From Macrostomum lignano (Eukaryota), in contig NIVC01000838.1 in the NCBI GenBank assembly GCA_002269645.1, positions 124,001 through 188,000 on the forward strand: a stretch of DNA of 64,000 bases, written 5' to 3'. Positions 49,773 to 62,713 of this stretch are shown piece after piece. The notes beneath the pieces were generated by a model. It was given only the letters and a program-made list of their open reading frames with translations, did not search any database and had not been told where the DNA came from. A program made the position numbers and the translations under genes. The number at the start of each line of letters is the position of its first letter. The first letter of the stretch is position 1.

Positions 49773-49910
49773 AACACTCTCGCTACAAACGGCGGAAACG
49801 GCGCTGGCGGCTCGGGATCTGTTTCGCCGGAAACTTCCGCACCGGAAGGCGGCAGCAAGAAGGCAGCCAATCACGCGCAAGCTGGCCCGCTGCCATCGAA
49901 AGCTAATTAA
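49773..49910 (+). CDS. Candidate terminal exon (NTLATNGGNGAGGSGSVSPETSAPEGGSKKAANHAQAGPLPSKAN*) of an unresolved plus-strand gene
   Basis: Preceded by CTAAT branch-like motif and TGACAG acceptor, directly after a minisatellite. GC-rich and ends in TAA. No homology recognised. Confidence 0.3.
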   Translation, partial: NTLATNGGNGAGGSGSVSPETSAPEGGSKKAANHAQAGPLPSKAN

Positions 49911-49959
49911 TAATTTGATCGATTGCTGATCTAGGGTTGAGGTTTCTAGAGGCGAGACT

Positions 49960-50450
49960 CATTATGATGAGATTCATAGGGGTGAGATTCATGGGGTGAG
50001 ATTCATAGGGATGAGATTCATAGGGGTTAGAGCCATAAATGGTGAGATTCATCGGGATGAGATTCATAAGGAATATATTCATAGGTGTGAGACTCATAGG
50101 GGTGAGACTTCTAGTGATGAGATTCATAGGGGTGAGACTCATAATGGTGAGATTCATAGGGGTGAGCTTCATCGGGGTGAGATTCATATGGGTGAGGTTC
50201 ATAGGGGTTAGACTCATAGGGGTGAGATTCATAGGGTGAGACTCAAAGGGGTGTAGATCCATAGGGGTGAGATTCATAAGGATATATTCATAGGTGTGAG
50301 ACTCATAGAGGCGAGACTTCTAGGGATGAGATTCATAGGGGTGAGACTCATAGAAATGTGACTCATAATGGTGAGATTCATTGGGGTGAGATTCATAGGG
50401 TTGAGATTCATAGGTTGAGACTCATAGGAGTCAGATTTTGAGTGATGAGA
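49960..50450. repeat. Degenerate 15-bp minisatellite (TGAGATTCATAGGGG)n
   Basis: Seen directly. Confidence 0.88.
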
Positions 50451-50829
50451 TGTCGATTTTCTCATTCCAAGTGTGAGATTCGGGCCTGATATTCCCGTAG
50501 TCTAGATACCGCTTATTGCATAGCATTGATGAAAGCTTTTTTGGCAAAAAACGAACAATTTTACCTGTGACTTATCAAGCTGCATACTTTTATGGCAATT
50601 TTGCAATACATTTTTGTTTTTGCTTGCTGCTAATTTTTATAAATCGAATTGAGTTGACTCAGCTATACTCACCGTTGTTGAAAACTCGCGTTGTAAATAA
50701 CTTGCGAATTATACGCGCTCAGCTGTCAATATTGTTTTTTTTCTATTGTCTCTGGACTCGCTCGCCTCTCAGTGTCATGTGCGCCTCGATTCCCATGTTG
50801 CATGCTGTTAATTTGATTTTGAAAACTCT

Positions 50830-51785
50830 CACTCTCCATATTTCACCCTCTCTCCCATATCTCACCCTCTCTATCTCCACATCTCACCCTCTTTCTCCAT
50901 ATCTCACCCTCTCTCTCCATATCTCACCCTCTCTCTCCCTATCTCACCCTCTCTCTCCTTATCTCACCCTCTCTATCTGCATATCTCCCCTTCTCTCTCC
51001 ATATCTCCCCCTCTCTCTCCATATCTCACCCACTCTCTCCCTATCTCACCCTCTTTCTCCATATCTCACCCTCTCTCTCCCTATCTCACCCTCTCTCTCC
51101 TTATCTCACCCTCTCTATCTGCATATCTCCCCTTCTCTCTCCATATCTCACCCTCTTTATCTCCATATCTCCCCCTCTCTCTCCATATCTCACCCACTCT
51201 CTCCCTATCTCACCCTCTCACTCCCTATCTCACCCTCTCTCTCCCTATCTCACCCTCTGTCTCCATATCTCACCCTCTCTCTCTCCATATCTGACCCTTC
51301 CCTCTCCATATCTCACCCCTCTCTCTCCATGTCCCCCTCTCTCTCTCCATGTCTCACCCTCTCTCTCCATATCTCACCCTCTCTATCTCCATATCTCCCC
51401 CTCTCTCTCCATATCTCGCCCTCTCTCTCCATATCTCACCCTCTCTCTCCATATCTCACCCCCTCTAGCTCTCCCTCCATATCTCACCCTCTCTCTCTCC
51501 ATATCTGACCCTTCCCTCTCCATCTTCCCTTCTCTCTCCATATATCACCCTCTTTATCTCCATATCTCCCCCTCTCTCTCCATATCTCACCCACTCTCTC
51601 CCTATCTCACCCTTTCACTCCCTATCTCACCCTCTCTCTCCCTATCTCACCCTCTCTCTCCCTATCTCACCCTCTCTCTCCATATCTCACCCTCTCTCTC
51701 TCCATATCTGACCCTTCCCTCTCCATATCTCCCCCTTCCCTCTCCATAGCTCACCCTTTCCTCTCTATAGCTCACCCTGCCTCCC
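50830..51785. repeat. ~20-bp CT-rich minisatellite (CTCCATATCTCACCCTCTCT)n
   Basis: Seen directly. Confidence 0.92.
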
Positions 51786-52529
51786 TCCGTCAGTCGCGGA
51801 TCTCTATATGTACAACAAAGTCGATTGATACTAATTATGATGGATATTAATTAGTTATTTATTGTTGTCGAACAAATTTATACTCCAATTAGAAAAATCA
51901 ATAAACTGTCTTATTGCCACGTGTTAGAAATTCGCTCATATTCTATCGTCTGTTCGGACTGAATTGTAGAAAATTTTCTATAAAACTCACAAGACACTCG
52001 AGAAATTTATCGATTTACGAGCGCATGATGTTTTCATCAACCTTAATCACTCCTCTGTGTTTGTTTTCCTCCGTCTGCCTCTTTTGCTTAAATGAAACCC
52101 AGTTCGCATCTGTTGCATTGCAAAAGCATTTCTCACTCTTAATAACGAGGTCTCAGCTACATATTAATTTATTCATTAGTTAGAATAATTTTTAATGGAT
52201 GGCAACTCTTTACTCAAAATGCAAGCTTAAGTGTACTACTTACTCAAATATTTATTAAATATGTGTGCGTTTTTGTTTTATTTTTCTCTTTTGTTATTAA
52301 ATAAAGTTGTTATAAATAGGCTGGCACACTAATATAACCCGCTTATTGTGAATGCTTGGAGTGTTGAATGCGGCTCATGTAATTACTAATTATATATGAA
52401 ATATTACATTACTTAATATACAGCTATTTATAATATGCAACTGTATTGTGATACAAGAATGTTTTTATTTAATTCTATTCATATTGTCTTCCGAGTGCCT
52501 TTGCTTTGTTTGGCTATTATAAATACTAG

Positions 52530-55500
52530 ATTTCTAATGCAGTTTCTAATTCACATTCTATAAATTTCTAATGCAGTTTCTAATCCAGATTCTATAAATT
52601 TCTAATGCAGTTTCTAATCCAGATTCTATAGATTTCTAATGCAGTTTCTAATCCACATTCTATAGATTTCTAATGCAGTTTCTAATCCAGATTCTATAGA
52701 TTTCTAATGCAGTTTCTAATCCACACTCTATAGATTTCTAATGCAGTTTCCAATCCAGAGTCTATAGATTTCTAATGCAGTTTCTAATCCACACTCTATA
52801 GATTTCTAATGCAGTTTCTAATCCAGATTCTATAGATTTCTAATGCAGTTTCTAATCCAGATTCTATAGATTTCTAATGCAGTCTCTAATCCAGAGTCTA
52901 TAGATTTCTATTGCAGTTTCCAATCCAGAGTCTATAGATTTCTAATGCAGTTTCTAATCCACATTCTATAGATTTCTAATGCAGTTTCTAATCCACATTC
53001 TATAGATTTCTAATGCAGTTTCTAATCCAGATTCTATAGATTTCTAATGCAGTTTCTAATCCAGAGTCTATAGATTTCTGATGCAGTTTCTTATCCACAT
53101 TCTATAGATTTCTAATGCAGTTTCTAATCCACACTCTATAGATTTCTAATGCAGTTTCTAATCCACACTCTATAGATTTCTAATGCAGTTTCTAATCCAG
53201 AGTCTATAGATTTCTGATGCAGTTTCTTATCCACATTCTATAGATTTCTAATGCAGTTTCTAATCCACACTCTATAGATTTCTGATGCAGTTTGCAATCC
53301 ACACTCTATAGATTTCTGATGCAGTTTGCAATCCAGAGTCCATAGATTTCTGATGCAGTTTGCAATCCACACTCTATAGATTTCTGATGCAGTTTGCAAT
53401 CCAGAGTCCATAGATTTCTAATGCAGTTTCTAATCCAGAGTCTATATATTTCTATTGCAGTTTCTAATTCACATTCTATAGATTTCTAATGCAGTTTCTA
53501 ATCCACACTCTATAGATTTCTAATGCAGTTTCTAATCCAGAGTCCATAGATTTCTAATGCAGTTTCTAATCCACACTCTATAGATTTCTGATGCAGTTTC
53601 TAATCCACACTCTATAGATTTCTAATGCAGTTTCTAATCCAGAGTCTATAGATTTCTAATGCAGTTTCCAATCCAGAGTCTATAGATTTCTATTGCAGTT
53701 TCCAATCCAGAGTCTATAGATTTCTAATGCAGTTTCTAATCCACATTCTATAGATTTCTAATGCAGTTTCTAATCCAGATTCTATAGATTTCTAATGCAG
53801 TTTCTAATCCAGAGTCTATAGATTTCTGATGCAGTTTCTTATCCACATTCTATAGATTTCTAATGCAGTTTCTAATCCACACTCTATAGATTTCTAATGC
53901 AGTTTCTAATCCACACTCTATAGATTTCTAATGCAGTTTCTAATCCACACTCTATAGATTTCTAATGCAGTTTCTAATCCACACTCTATAGATTTCTGAT
54001 GCAGTTTCTTATCCACATTCTATAGATTTCTAATGCAGTTTCTAATCCACACTCTATAGATTTCTGATGCAGTTTGCAATCCACACTCTATAGATTTCTG
54101 ATGCAGTTTGCAATCCAGAGTTAGATTTCTGATGCAGTTTGCAATCCAGAGTCCATAGATTTCTGATGCAGTTTGCAATCCACACTCTATAGATTTCTGA
54201 TGCAGTTTGCAACCCAGAGTCCATAGATTTCTAATGCAGTTTCTAATCCAGAGTCTATATATTTCTATTGCAGTTTCTAATTCACATTCTATAGATTTCT
54301 AATGCAGTTTCTAATCCACACTCTATAGATTTCTAATGCAGTTTCTAATCCAGAGTCCATAGATTTCTAATGCAGTTTCTAATCCACACTCTATAGATTT
54401 CTAATGCAGTTTCTAATTCACACTCTATAGATTTCTAATGCAGTTTCTAATCCACACTCTATATATTTCTAATGCAGTTTCTAATCCACACTCTATAGAT
54501 TTCTAATGCAGTTTCTAATCCACACTCTATAGATTTCTAATGCAGTTTCCAATCCAGAGTCTATAGATTTCTAATGCAGTTTCTAATCCACACTCTATAG
54601 ATTTCTAATGCAGTTTCTAATCCACATTCTATAGATTTCTAATGCAGTTTCTAATCCACATTCTATAGATTTCTAATGCAGTTTCCAATCCAGAGTCTAT
54701 AGATTTCTAATGCAGTTTCTAACCCAGAGTCTATAGATTTCTAATGCAGTTTCTAATCCACACTCTATAGATTTCTAATGCAGTTTCTAATCCAGAGTCC
54801 ATAGATTTCTAATGCAGTTTCTAATCCAGATTCTATAGATTTCTAATGCAGTTTCTAATCCAGAGTCCATAGATTTCTATTGCAGTTTCTAATCCAGATT
54901 CTATAGATTTCTAATGCAGTTTCTAGTCCACACTCTATAGATTTCTAATGCAGTTTCTAATCCACACTCTATAGATTTCTAATGCAGTTTCTAATCCACA
55001 CTCTATAGATTTCTAATGCAGTTTCTAATCCACACTCTATAGATTTCTAATGCAGTTTCTAATCCACACTCTATAGATTTCTGATGCAGTTTCTTATCCA
55101 CATTCTATAGATTTCTAATGCAGTTTCTAATCCACACTCTATAGATTTCTGATGCAGTTTGCAATCCACACTCTATAGATTTCTGATGCAGTTTGCAATC
55201 CAGAGTCCATAGATTTCTGATGCAGTTTGCAATCCAGAGTCCATAGATTTCTGATGCAGTTTGCAATCCACACTCTATAGATTTCTGATGCAGTTTGCAA
55301 TCCAGAGTCCATAGATTTCTAATGCAGTTTCTAATCCAGAGTCTATATATTTCTATTGCAGTTTCTAATTCACATTCTATAGATTTCTAATGCAGTTTCT
55401 AATCCACACTCTATAGATTTCTAATGCAGTTTCTAATCCAGAGTCCATAGATTTCTAATGCAGTTTCTAATCCACACTCTATAGATTTCTAATGCAGTTT

Positions 55501-58190
55501 CTAATCCACACTCTATAGATTTCTGATGCAGTTTCTAATCCACACTCTATATATTTCTAATGCAGTTTCTAATCCACACTCTATAGATTTCTAATGCAGT
55601 TTCTAATCCACACTCTATATATTTCTAATGCAGTTTCTAATCCACACTCTATAGATTTCTAATGCAGTTTCTAATCCACACTCTATAGATTTCTAATGCA
55701 GTTTCTAATCCACATTCTATAGATTTCTAATGCAGTTTCTAATCCACATTCTATAGATTTCTAATGCAGTTTCCAATCTAATGCAGTTTCTATAGATTTC
55801 TAATGCAGTTTCTAACCAGAGTCTATAGATTTCTAATGCAGTTTCTAATCCACACTCTATAGATTTCTAATGCAGTTTCTAATCCAGAGTCTATAGATTT
55901 CTAATGCAGTTTCTAATCCAGATCTATAGATTTCTAATGCAGTTTCTAATCCACACTCTATAGATTTCTAATGCAGTTTCTAATCCACACTCTATAGATT
56001 TCTAATGCAGTTTCTAATCCACACTCTATAGATTTCTAATGCAGTTTCTAATCCACACTCTATAGATTTCTAATGCAGTTTCTAATCCACACTCTATAGA
56101 TTTCTAATGCAGTTTCTAATCCACACTCTATAGATTTCTAATGCAGTTTCTAATCCACACTCTATAGATTTCTAATGCAGTTTCTAATCCACACTCTATA
56201 GATTTCTAATGCAGTTTCTAATCCACACTCTATAGATTTCTAATGCAGTTTCTAATCCACACTCTATAGATTTCTAATGCAGTTTCTAATCCACATTCTA
56301 TAGATTTCTAATGCAGTTTCTAATCCACATTCTATAGATTTCTAATGCAGTTTCTAATCCAGAGTCTATAGATTTCTAATGCAGTTTCTAACCAGAGTCT
56401 ATAGATTTCTAATGCAGTTTCTAATCCACACTCTATAGATTTCTAATGCAGTTTCTAATCCAGAGTCTATAGATTTCTAATGCAGTTTCTAATCCAGATC
56501 TATAGATTTCTAATGCAGTTTCTAATCCACACTCTATAGATTTCTAATGCAGTTTCTAATCCACACTCTATAGATTTCTAATGCAGTTTCTAATCCACAC
56601 TCTATAGATTTCTAATGCAGTTTCTAATCCACACTCTATAGATTTCTAATGCAGTTTCTAATCCACACTCTATAGATTTCTGATGCAGTTTCTTATCCAC
56701 ATTCTATAGATTTCTAATGCAGTTTCTAATCCACACTCTATAGATTTCTGATGCAGTTTGCAATCCACACTCTATAGATTTCTGATGCAGTTTGCAATCC
56801 AGAGTCCATAGATTTCTGATGCAGTTTGCAATCCAGAGTCCATAGATTTCTGATGCAGTTTGCAATCCACACTCTATAGATTTCTGATGCAGTTTGCAAT
56901 CCAGAGTCCATAGATTTCTAATGCAGTTTCTAATCCAGAGTCTATATATTTCTATTGCAGTTTCTAATTCACATTCTATAGATTTCTAATGCAGTTTCTA
57001 ATCCACACTCTATAGATTTCTAATGCAGTTTCTAATCCAGAGTCCATAGATTTCTAATGCAGTTTCTAATCCACACTCTATAGATTTCTAATGCAGTTTC
57101 TAATCCACACTCTATAGATTTCTAATGCAGTTTCTAATCCACACTCTATATATTTCTAATGCAGTTTCTAATCCACACTCTATAGATTTCTAATGCAGTT
57201 TCTAATCCACACTCTATAGATTTCTAATGCAGTTTCTAATCCACATTCTATAGATTTCTAATGCAGTTTCTAATCCACATTCTATAGATTTCTAATGCAG
57301 TTTCCAATCCAGAGTCTATAGATTTCTAATGCAGTTTCTAACCCAGAGTCTATAGATTTCTAATGCAGTTTCTAATCCACACTCTATAGATTTCTAATGC
57401 AGTTTCTAATCCAGAGTCCATAGATTTCTAATGCAGTTTCTAATCCAGATTCTATAGATTTCTAATGCAGTTTCTAGTCCACACTCTATAGATTTCTAAT
57501 GCAGTTTCTAATCCACACTCTATAGATTTCTAATGCAGTTTCTAATCCAGATTCTATAGATTTCTAATGCAGTTTCTAGTCCACACTCTATAGATTTCTA
57601 ATGCAGTTTCTAATCCAGAGTCCATAGATTTCTAATGCAGTTTCCAATCCAGAGTCTATAGATTTCTAATGCAGTTTCTAACCCAGAGTCTATAGATTTC
57701 TAATGCAGTTTCTAATCCACACTCTATAGATTTCTAATGCAGTTTCTAATCCAGAGTCCATAGATTTCTAATGCAGTTTCTAATCCACACTCTATAGATT
57801 TCTAATGCAGTTTCTAATCCACACTCTATAGATTTCTAATGCAGTTTCTAATCCAGAGTCCATAGATTTCTAATGCAGTTTCTAATCCACACTCTATAGA
57901 TTTCTAATGCAGTTTCTAATCCACACTCTATAGATTTCTAATGCAGTTTCTAATCCACACTCTATAGATTTCTAATGCAGTTTCTAATCCACACTCTATA
58001 GATTTCTAATGCAGTTTCTAATCCAGATTCTATAGATTTCTAATGCAGTTTCTAGTCCACACTCTATAGATTTCTAATGCAGTTTCTAATCCAGAGTCCA
58101 TAGATTTCTAATGCAGTTTCTAACCCAGAGTCCATAGATTTCTAATGCAGTTTTCAATCCAGAGTCCATAGATTTCTAATGCAGAATAAT
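52530..58190. repeat. 34-bp satellite (CTCTATAGATTTCTAATGCAGTTTCTAATCCACA)n, about 165 copies
   Basis: Period measured as 55991 to 56025. The unit has an internal TTTCTAAT doublet and a TCTATAGA palindrome. Confidence 0.97.
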
Positions 58191-59291
58191 GGCTCTTGGG
58201 TGCTAGTATTCGAACAATGGATAGCAGTCGTGTACCATTCAATCATTATCATCTGAGTCTGTTTTCGTCGAGTCCATACAGCCATGGGTTCCGCCCGCCC
58301 GTCTGTCCGCCAGGCCTTGCAGCCGGGCAGGGCATTTGTCAGAAAATTGGTCCAAAGCTTTAATTACGCAGCCTGGGTGCTGGGGGGGGGGGGCGATGAA
58401 GGGGGGGGCACTGCACAGTTATGTTTGCCAGAGTGTGCCATACTAAAGCGAGTTGGCTATAGATAAAATTGGTCGACCAGTCCGGGATCTCGGCTAAAGT
58501 GGGCGGATTGGAAATGAAGGTCTTCCGTCTCCTCCAACCCCCACTAGTTCTCGGCCGGTCTATCCGCTTAATCCCATCCTCCCTTATGCGGTGTGCCTGC
58601 AAGAATTGCTGGCAGCGTCTTCTGCCGAGCACTTTCTGTCCCAGACTGCGGCAGGCCGAGTATTTCTGGCAAACTCGATCATTTCGCGGCGTCCCCTGCT
58701 GGTAGAAAGCTAAATAATAAAATTGTTCAGTGCGGTGAGCGAGGTGCACGGCTTATATTGGGCGTTTGATGCTTATTTTTAAAATAGAATATTACTGGTG
58801 AATTAATGTCTCCATTTTACTACTAATGGCTTTGTCAGTAGGATGATGAAAAAATGTTAGGCTAATTTAGTTTGGGGCCAAAATCGTGTCGCAATCTAGC
58901 ATGCTAACTTGAATTCAGTGGCGCCAAACAAACTGGAATTGAATGGCTTGGAAAATTGCCCTAAATAAAGATTCAATCAACATTGATTATAGCTTTTTCA
59001 CCTAAATACGCTCGTAATTAATGAAAAGTGAACTAAATAACAAATAACTTAAATTAAAAAGCTGTTGCAAATTCGCACATAAAAATTTCCATGCAGCGTC
59101 ACATTGGCGGACTCAAGTCAGCCGAGTCGCCCGCCAGATGTCTATGGCCAATAGTGCGCCGCAATCGTGTCCAGTACCAGAGCCGACTTAGACTTTCGTC
59201 TGGCTCAATAGTCGAGGATTTAATATTATATTAGAGAAGCTTTAATTCAATCGATAGAGCGAGAGATTAAGAGTGAGAGTGAGAGATAGCC

Positions 59292-59744
59292 ATGTCCAGG
59301 CCAGATAAACAGCAGCTTCTGCGCTGGTTCACCGAGATCGACACCGAGGGCAACGGCTTTATCACATTCGAGGGTCTCAAGGCCGTCTGCCAGCGCGACG
59401 GCCTAGACGAATCGTCAGCCGTTGAGATGTTCGAGATTCTTGACGCAAACCGCGACGGCAAGATCACAAAGCGGGAGTACATGCTGCTTCTGGACATCTA
59501 CCCGGAGAATGAACGCGAAGAGGAGACCTGGCGACTTGTGTTTGAAAGCGTCGACGAGGAGGGCACGGGCCAGACGACTTTCGCCGAGGTGGAGCGCTAC
59601 TTCGCCACGAATGTCGGCCAGAGAGTGGCCCTCGGCGTCTACAAAAACGACCTGCGGCGGTTTCACCACGCGGTTGGTCGTTCGGTAACCACCTTCAACA
59701 CAGAAGACTTCATCACCTGGTTTCGCAAGGAGCGACGCGCTTGA
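59292..59744 (+). CDS. Small intronless EF-hand calcium-binding protein, 150 aa
   Basis: Loops DTEGNGFITFEG, DANRDGKITKRE (canonical) and DEEGTGQTTFAE. GC3-rich codons. AATAAA at 59883-59888. Confidence 0.85.
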   Translation: MSRPDKQQLLRWFTEIDTEGNGFITFEGLKAVCQRDGLDESSAVEMFEILDANRDGKITKREYMLLLDIYPENEREEETWRLVFESVDEEGTGQTTFAEVERYFATNVGQRVALGVYKNDLRRFHHAVGRSVTTFNTEDFITWFRKERRA

Positions 59745-60019
59745 AACGAGACAGAATCGCTCCGTTTGATTAACAGCGGGAAATTTTCTTTTTAATTTGC
59801 GTTTCATGACAATACACGACGGTGACTAATCGTCTGTGTGAAGGCGTGTAGTTTTAAACCGAATGTGTTTGATTTTCAATTCAATAAAAATTCATCGTTT
59901 GTTCTTTCATTACAAATATTTTTAATAATGGCTGGCCTTCGATCATCAGCGAATCCCACCAGCCAAAATCTTATATGCTCGTAGAAAATGTGGATCGTTT
60001 AAAACAAAAATTAACCAAT

Positions 60020-60290
60020 CCTAGCCAATCAGCGATTTAATGGAGTTAGCGAGGATAGAAATTACAGGTTTGAGGGGATAAGCAGGAAAACTGATAAGCC
60101 TCCACCCAATTCTAGCCAATCAGCGATAAAGTGGGGTTGGCGAGGATAGAAATTACGGGTTTGAGGGGTAGGCAGGAAAACTGATAAGCCTCCACCCAAT
60201 TCTAGCCAATCAGCGATAAAGTGGGGTTAGCGAGGATAAGATTACGGGTTTGAGGGGTAGGCAGGAAAACTGATAAGCTTCCTTCACCCA
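60020..60290. repeat. 90-bp tandem repeat, about 3 copies
   Basis: CTAGCCAATCAGCGAT recurs at about 60021, 60112 and 60202. Confidence 0.85.
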
Positions 60291-60648
60291 TCCCGACCAA
60301 TCAGAGACAGTGGTTCAGAAGGGCCATTCAATGTTAGGCAGCTAGTCATAAAAAGCAATAACTCAGTTCTTCAGCACAGCTTCCTACAAAAACAACCAAG
60401 TCTTTATACGACAAACAGTTTAGGATATTTGCTTCGAAAAAATCACCTTTCAAAGAATCTAACAAATACATTAGCTCTTTTACTAATGGACTTATTTATA
60501 AGTAATTTGGATGCACTACTGTACAAAATGGCTACAATAACAGTTGCAATCTGCACAGGAAAGATTTCGGTAAACTGTTTTGCTGCCAATTATATATCCA
60601 AAAAGACTTGGCAACAATAAACTTGTTTACACTCAGTTGAGACCCCAG

Positions 60649-60815
60649 GCCACGGGTTCCGGCATCGCCCTAAGCCACGGGTTCCGGCATCGCCCTAAGC
60701 CACGGGTTCCGGCATCGCCCTAAGCCACGGGTTCCGGCATCGCCCTAAGCCACGGGTTCCGGCATCGCCCTAAGCCACGGGTTCCCGCATCGCCCTAAGC
60801 CACGGGTTCCGGCAT
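60649..60815. repeat. 25-bp tandem repeat (CCCTAAGCCACGGGTTCCGGCATCG) x ~7 overlapping the stop of ORF 60795-61475
   Basis: Seen directly. Confidence 0.93.
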
Positions 60816-61475
60816 TGCCGGCGCCGGCGGTCTCAGCTCCGACATGGACATGGCCGGACTGTGCGCCGTCACCGCGGCCGCTCCATAGTAGTCGGCCACA
60901 ACGGCAGACGGGACATTCAGGTCCGTCATCCACGACGACGACTGCGGCCAGCGACTATCGACTTCGTTTCGCCTGTCGTTGACGGCGTCGGTTTCTCGGT
61001 GACGCTTTCGTCGACGTCGAAAAGCGCCCAATCGACGTCCCCGGAGGTCGATGGCCAGGACGTACGCGGCCAGCAGGAGGCCGACACCGGCCACGGCGCC
61101 GCCCAGCAGACTGAGCGGGTAAACCTCCGCCCGCTGCTGCGATGCTTCGGCACCCCGCTCAGGCCATCGCGGATGCTGCAGCGCCAGCAGCACCGACAGG
61201 GCGGCTGCCGAGGCCAACAGGGCGGCCAGGCCGGTGTAGAAAGTCAGGAGAAACAGCGCCAGATGGCAGCGCTGACGGCGGCGTCGACACCACAGGCTGG
61301 GCGGCGGGCAGCAAAGAAGTCGGGGCAGCGGCTGCTGCTGCTGCTGCTGCTGATGCTGATGCTGATGCTGATGCTGATGATGATGCTGCTGATGCTGATG
61401 ATGATGCTGATGCTGATGCTGATGCTGATGCTGATGCTGATGATGCTGATGATGATGCTGAGGCTGGATATGCAT
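60795..61475 (-). CDS. Putative two-transmembrane protein with an N-terminal His/Gln tract (possibly a terminal exon)
   Basis: Two hydrophobic segments (LALFLLTFYTGLAALLASAAALSVLLAL; LSLLGGAVAGVGLLLAAYVLAI) are followed by a basic cluster RGRRLGAFRRRRKRHR. GC-rich. A possible acceptor CACATACACAG lies just upstream. Confidence 0.55.
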   Translation of the reverse strand: MHIQPQHHHQHHQHQHQHQHQHQHHHQHQQHHHQHQHQHQHQQQQQQQPLPRLLCCPPPSLWCRRRRQRCHLALFLLTFYTGLAALLASAAALSVLLALQHPRWPERGAEASQQRAEVYPLSLLGGAVAGVGLLLAAYVLAIDLRGRRLGAFRRRRKRHRETDAVNDRRNEVDSRWPQSSSWMTDLNVPSAVVADYYGAAAVTAHSPAMSMSELRPPAPAMPEPVA

Positions 61476-61499
61476 TGAGTGCGGCCTGTGTATGTGGTT

Positions 61500-61760
61500 G
61501 ATTGATAGATCGATAAATTGTTATTTGATTGATTGATCGATTGGTCGATTCATTGATTGATTGATTGAGCGACTGATTTATTGATTGATTGATTGATTGA
61601 CTGGTTGATTAATTGAGCTACTGATTGATTGATTTGTTGATTGATAGATTGATTGATCGATTGATTGCTAGATTTTTTTGATTGGTTCATTCGTTGAATG
61701 GTTGACTCAATCATTAATTTGTTCGTTTAATTTCTTAATTGGCCAATTATACGTGATAGG
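61500..61760. repeat. Degenerate (GATT)n microsatellite
   Basis: Seen directly. Confidence 0.85.
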
Positions 61761-62702
61761 CCGACAGCTGATTGATCCAGAGAATTTCCATCTCCTACAC
61801 TCAATTATCTATTAATTGACGCTCCTATAACTAATATCTCCAATTCATAAGTTACTGGGTGTATTGCGAATGAACAGCTGGGAACTTATTATTTTTTATT
61901 CTGCAATCAGAAAGAACGAGAGAATTCATGTCTACTCGGACACAACTCGGACACTCACCCAACGGTAGACGGTCGCTCGTGTTCGCGCCTGTCGAATGCT
62001 TCTCCAATTTCAGTAGACATGCAGACTCAGCTCCGGAATTCAAAGTCTGCCAGCAAACAGCCAACACAGACTTTAAACGTTTTTGGGGCCAAAAGTATTT
62101 TTAGAGCCATTCATTGGCGGAATTTCGTGACTCCCTGCTCTGGCTAAAACCTGTTGGAAACGGCTGAGCAAACTTTCTATCCAACTCAAGTAGCTTCCGC
62201 TGTGCCCGCACACCCATGCGCGCCAAGCCTTGAGAGCTTGATTGATCCGACGCCTCTCAGCGTGCGATTTTGGTTGCTATAGAAACCATAAGCGTGTAGA
62301 ATCATTGTACACTTAACTAACCTTTGCTGTTGTATTGAATACTATCGACACATATCGGCACCAGCTGCTCATCATTGTCATTGCTCAAGTGTCCCTTTTC
62401 GGGGTATCAATGAATGAAATTTCGTCTCGATTTCCCAAAAACCTAAAAACCCCATGATTTTATAGCCGAAAAATGATTTAACCTAAAATGGCCTCTTTCT
62501 CCGATATGTTGTGTAAAAAACTTTTTTGGTTTAAGTAGAGCTTAACGCAAGAATATTACCAGAAATTTAATTAAAATCGATTATACGCTCGTAGTTATAG
62601 AAGAATAAAATTACTATAAGGAAAACTATTCAATTGAGAACTCTTAAATAGCAGTTAATGTTTACTGAAAAAAAACATAATAAGACAATTAAAGAAAAAA
62701 GT

Positions 62703-62709
62703 AAAAAAA
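62703..62709 (-). terminator. Pol III oligo-T terminator (T7) just downstream of tRNA-Ala
   Basis: The A7 run on the plus strand lies 4 nt past the discriminator base. Confidence 0.75.
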
Positions 62710-62713
62710 TTCA

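Noticed and set aside
49830-49875. ETS-like CCGGAA motifs and CCAAT as a promoter
   Set aside because: They fall inside a plausible terminal exon, and no downstream gene start is evident.
19990-58190. CRISPR-like arrays (21-44-bp repeats)
   Set aside because: Units abut head-to-tail with no unique spacers, there are no cas genes, and the context is eukaryotic and intron-rich.
58360-58749. 129-aa minus-strand ORF with basic doublets (possible prohormone exon)
   Set aside because: No signal peptide or recognisable peptide motif, and competing frames on both strands are equally plausible.
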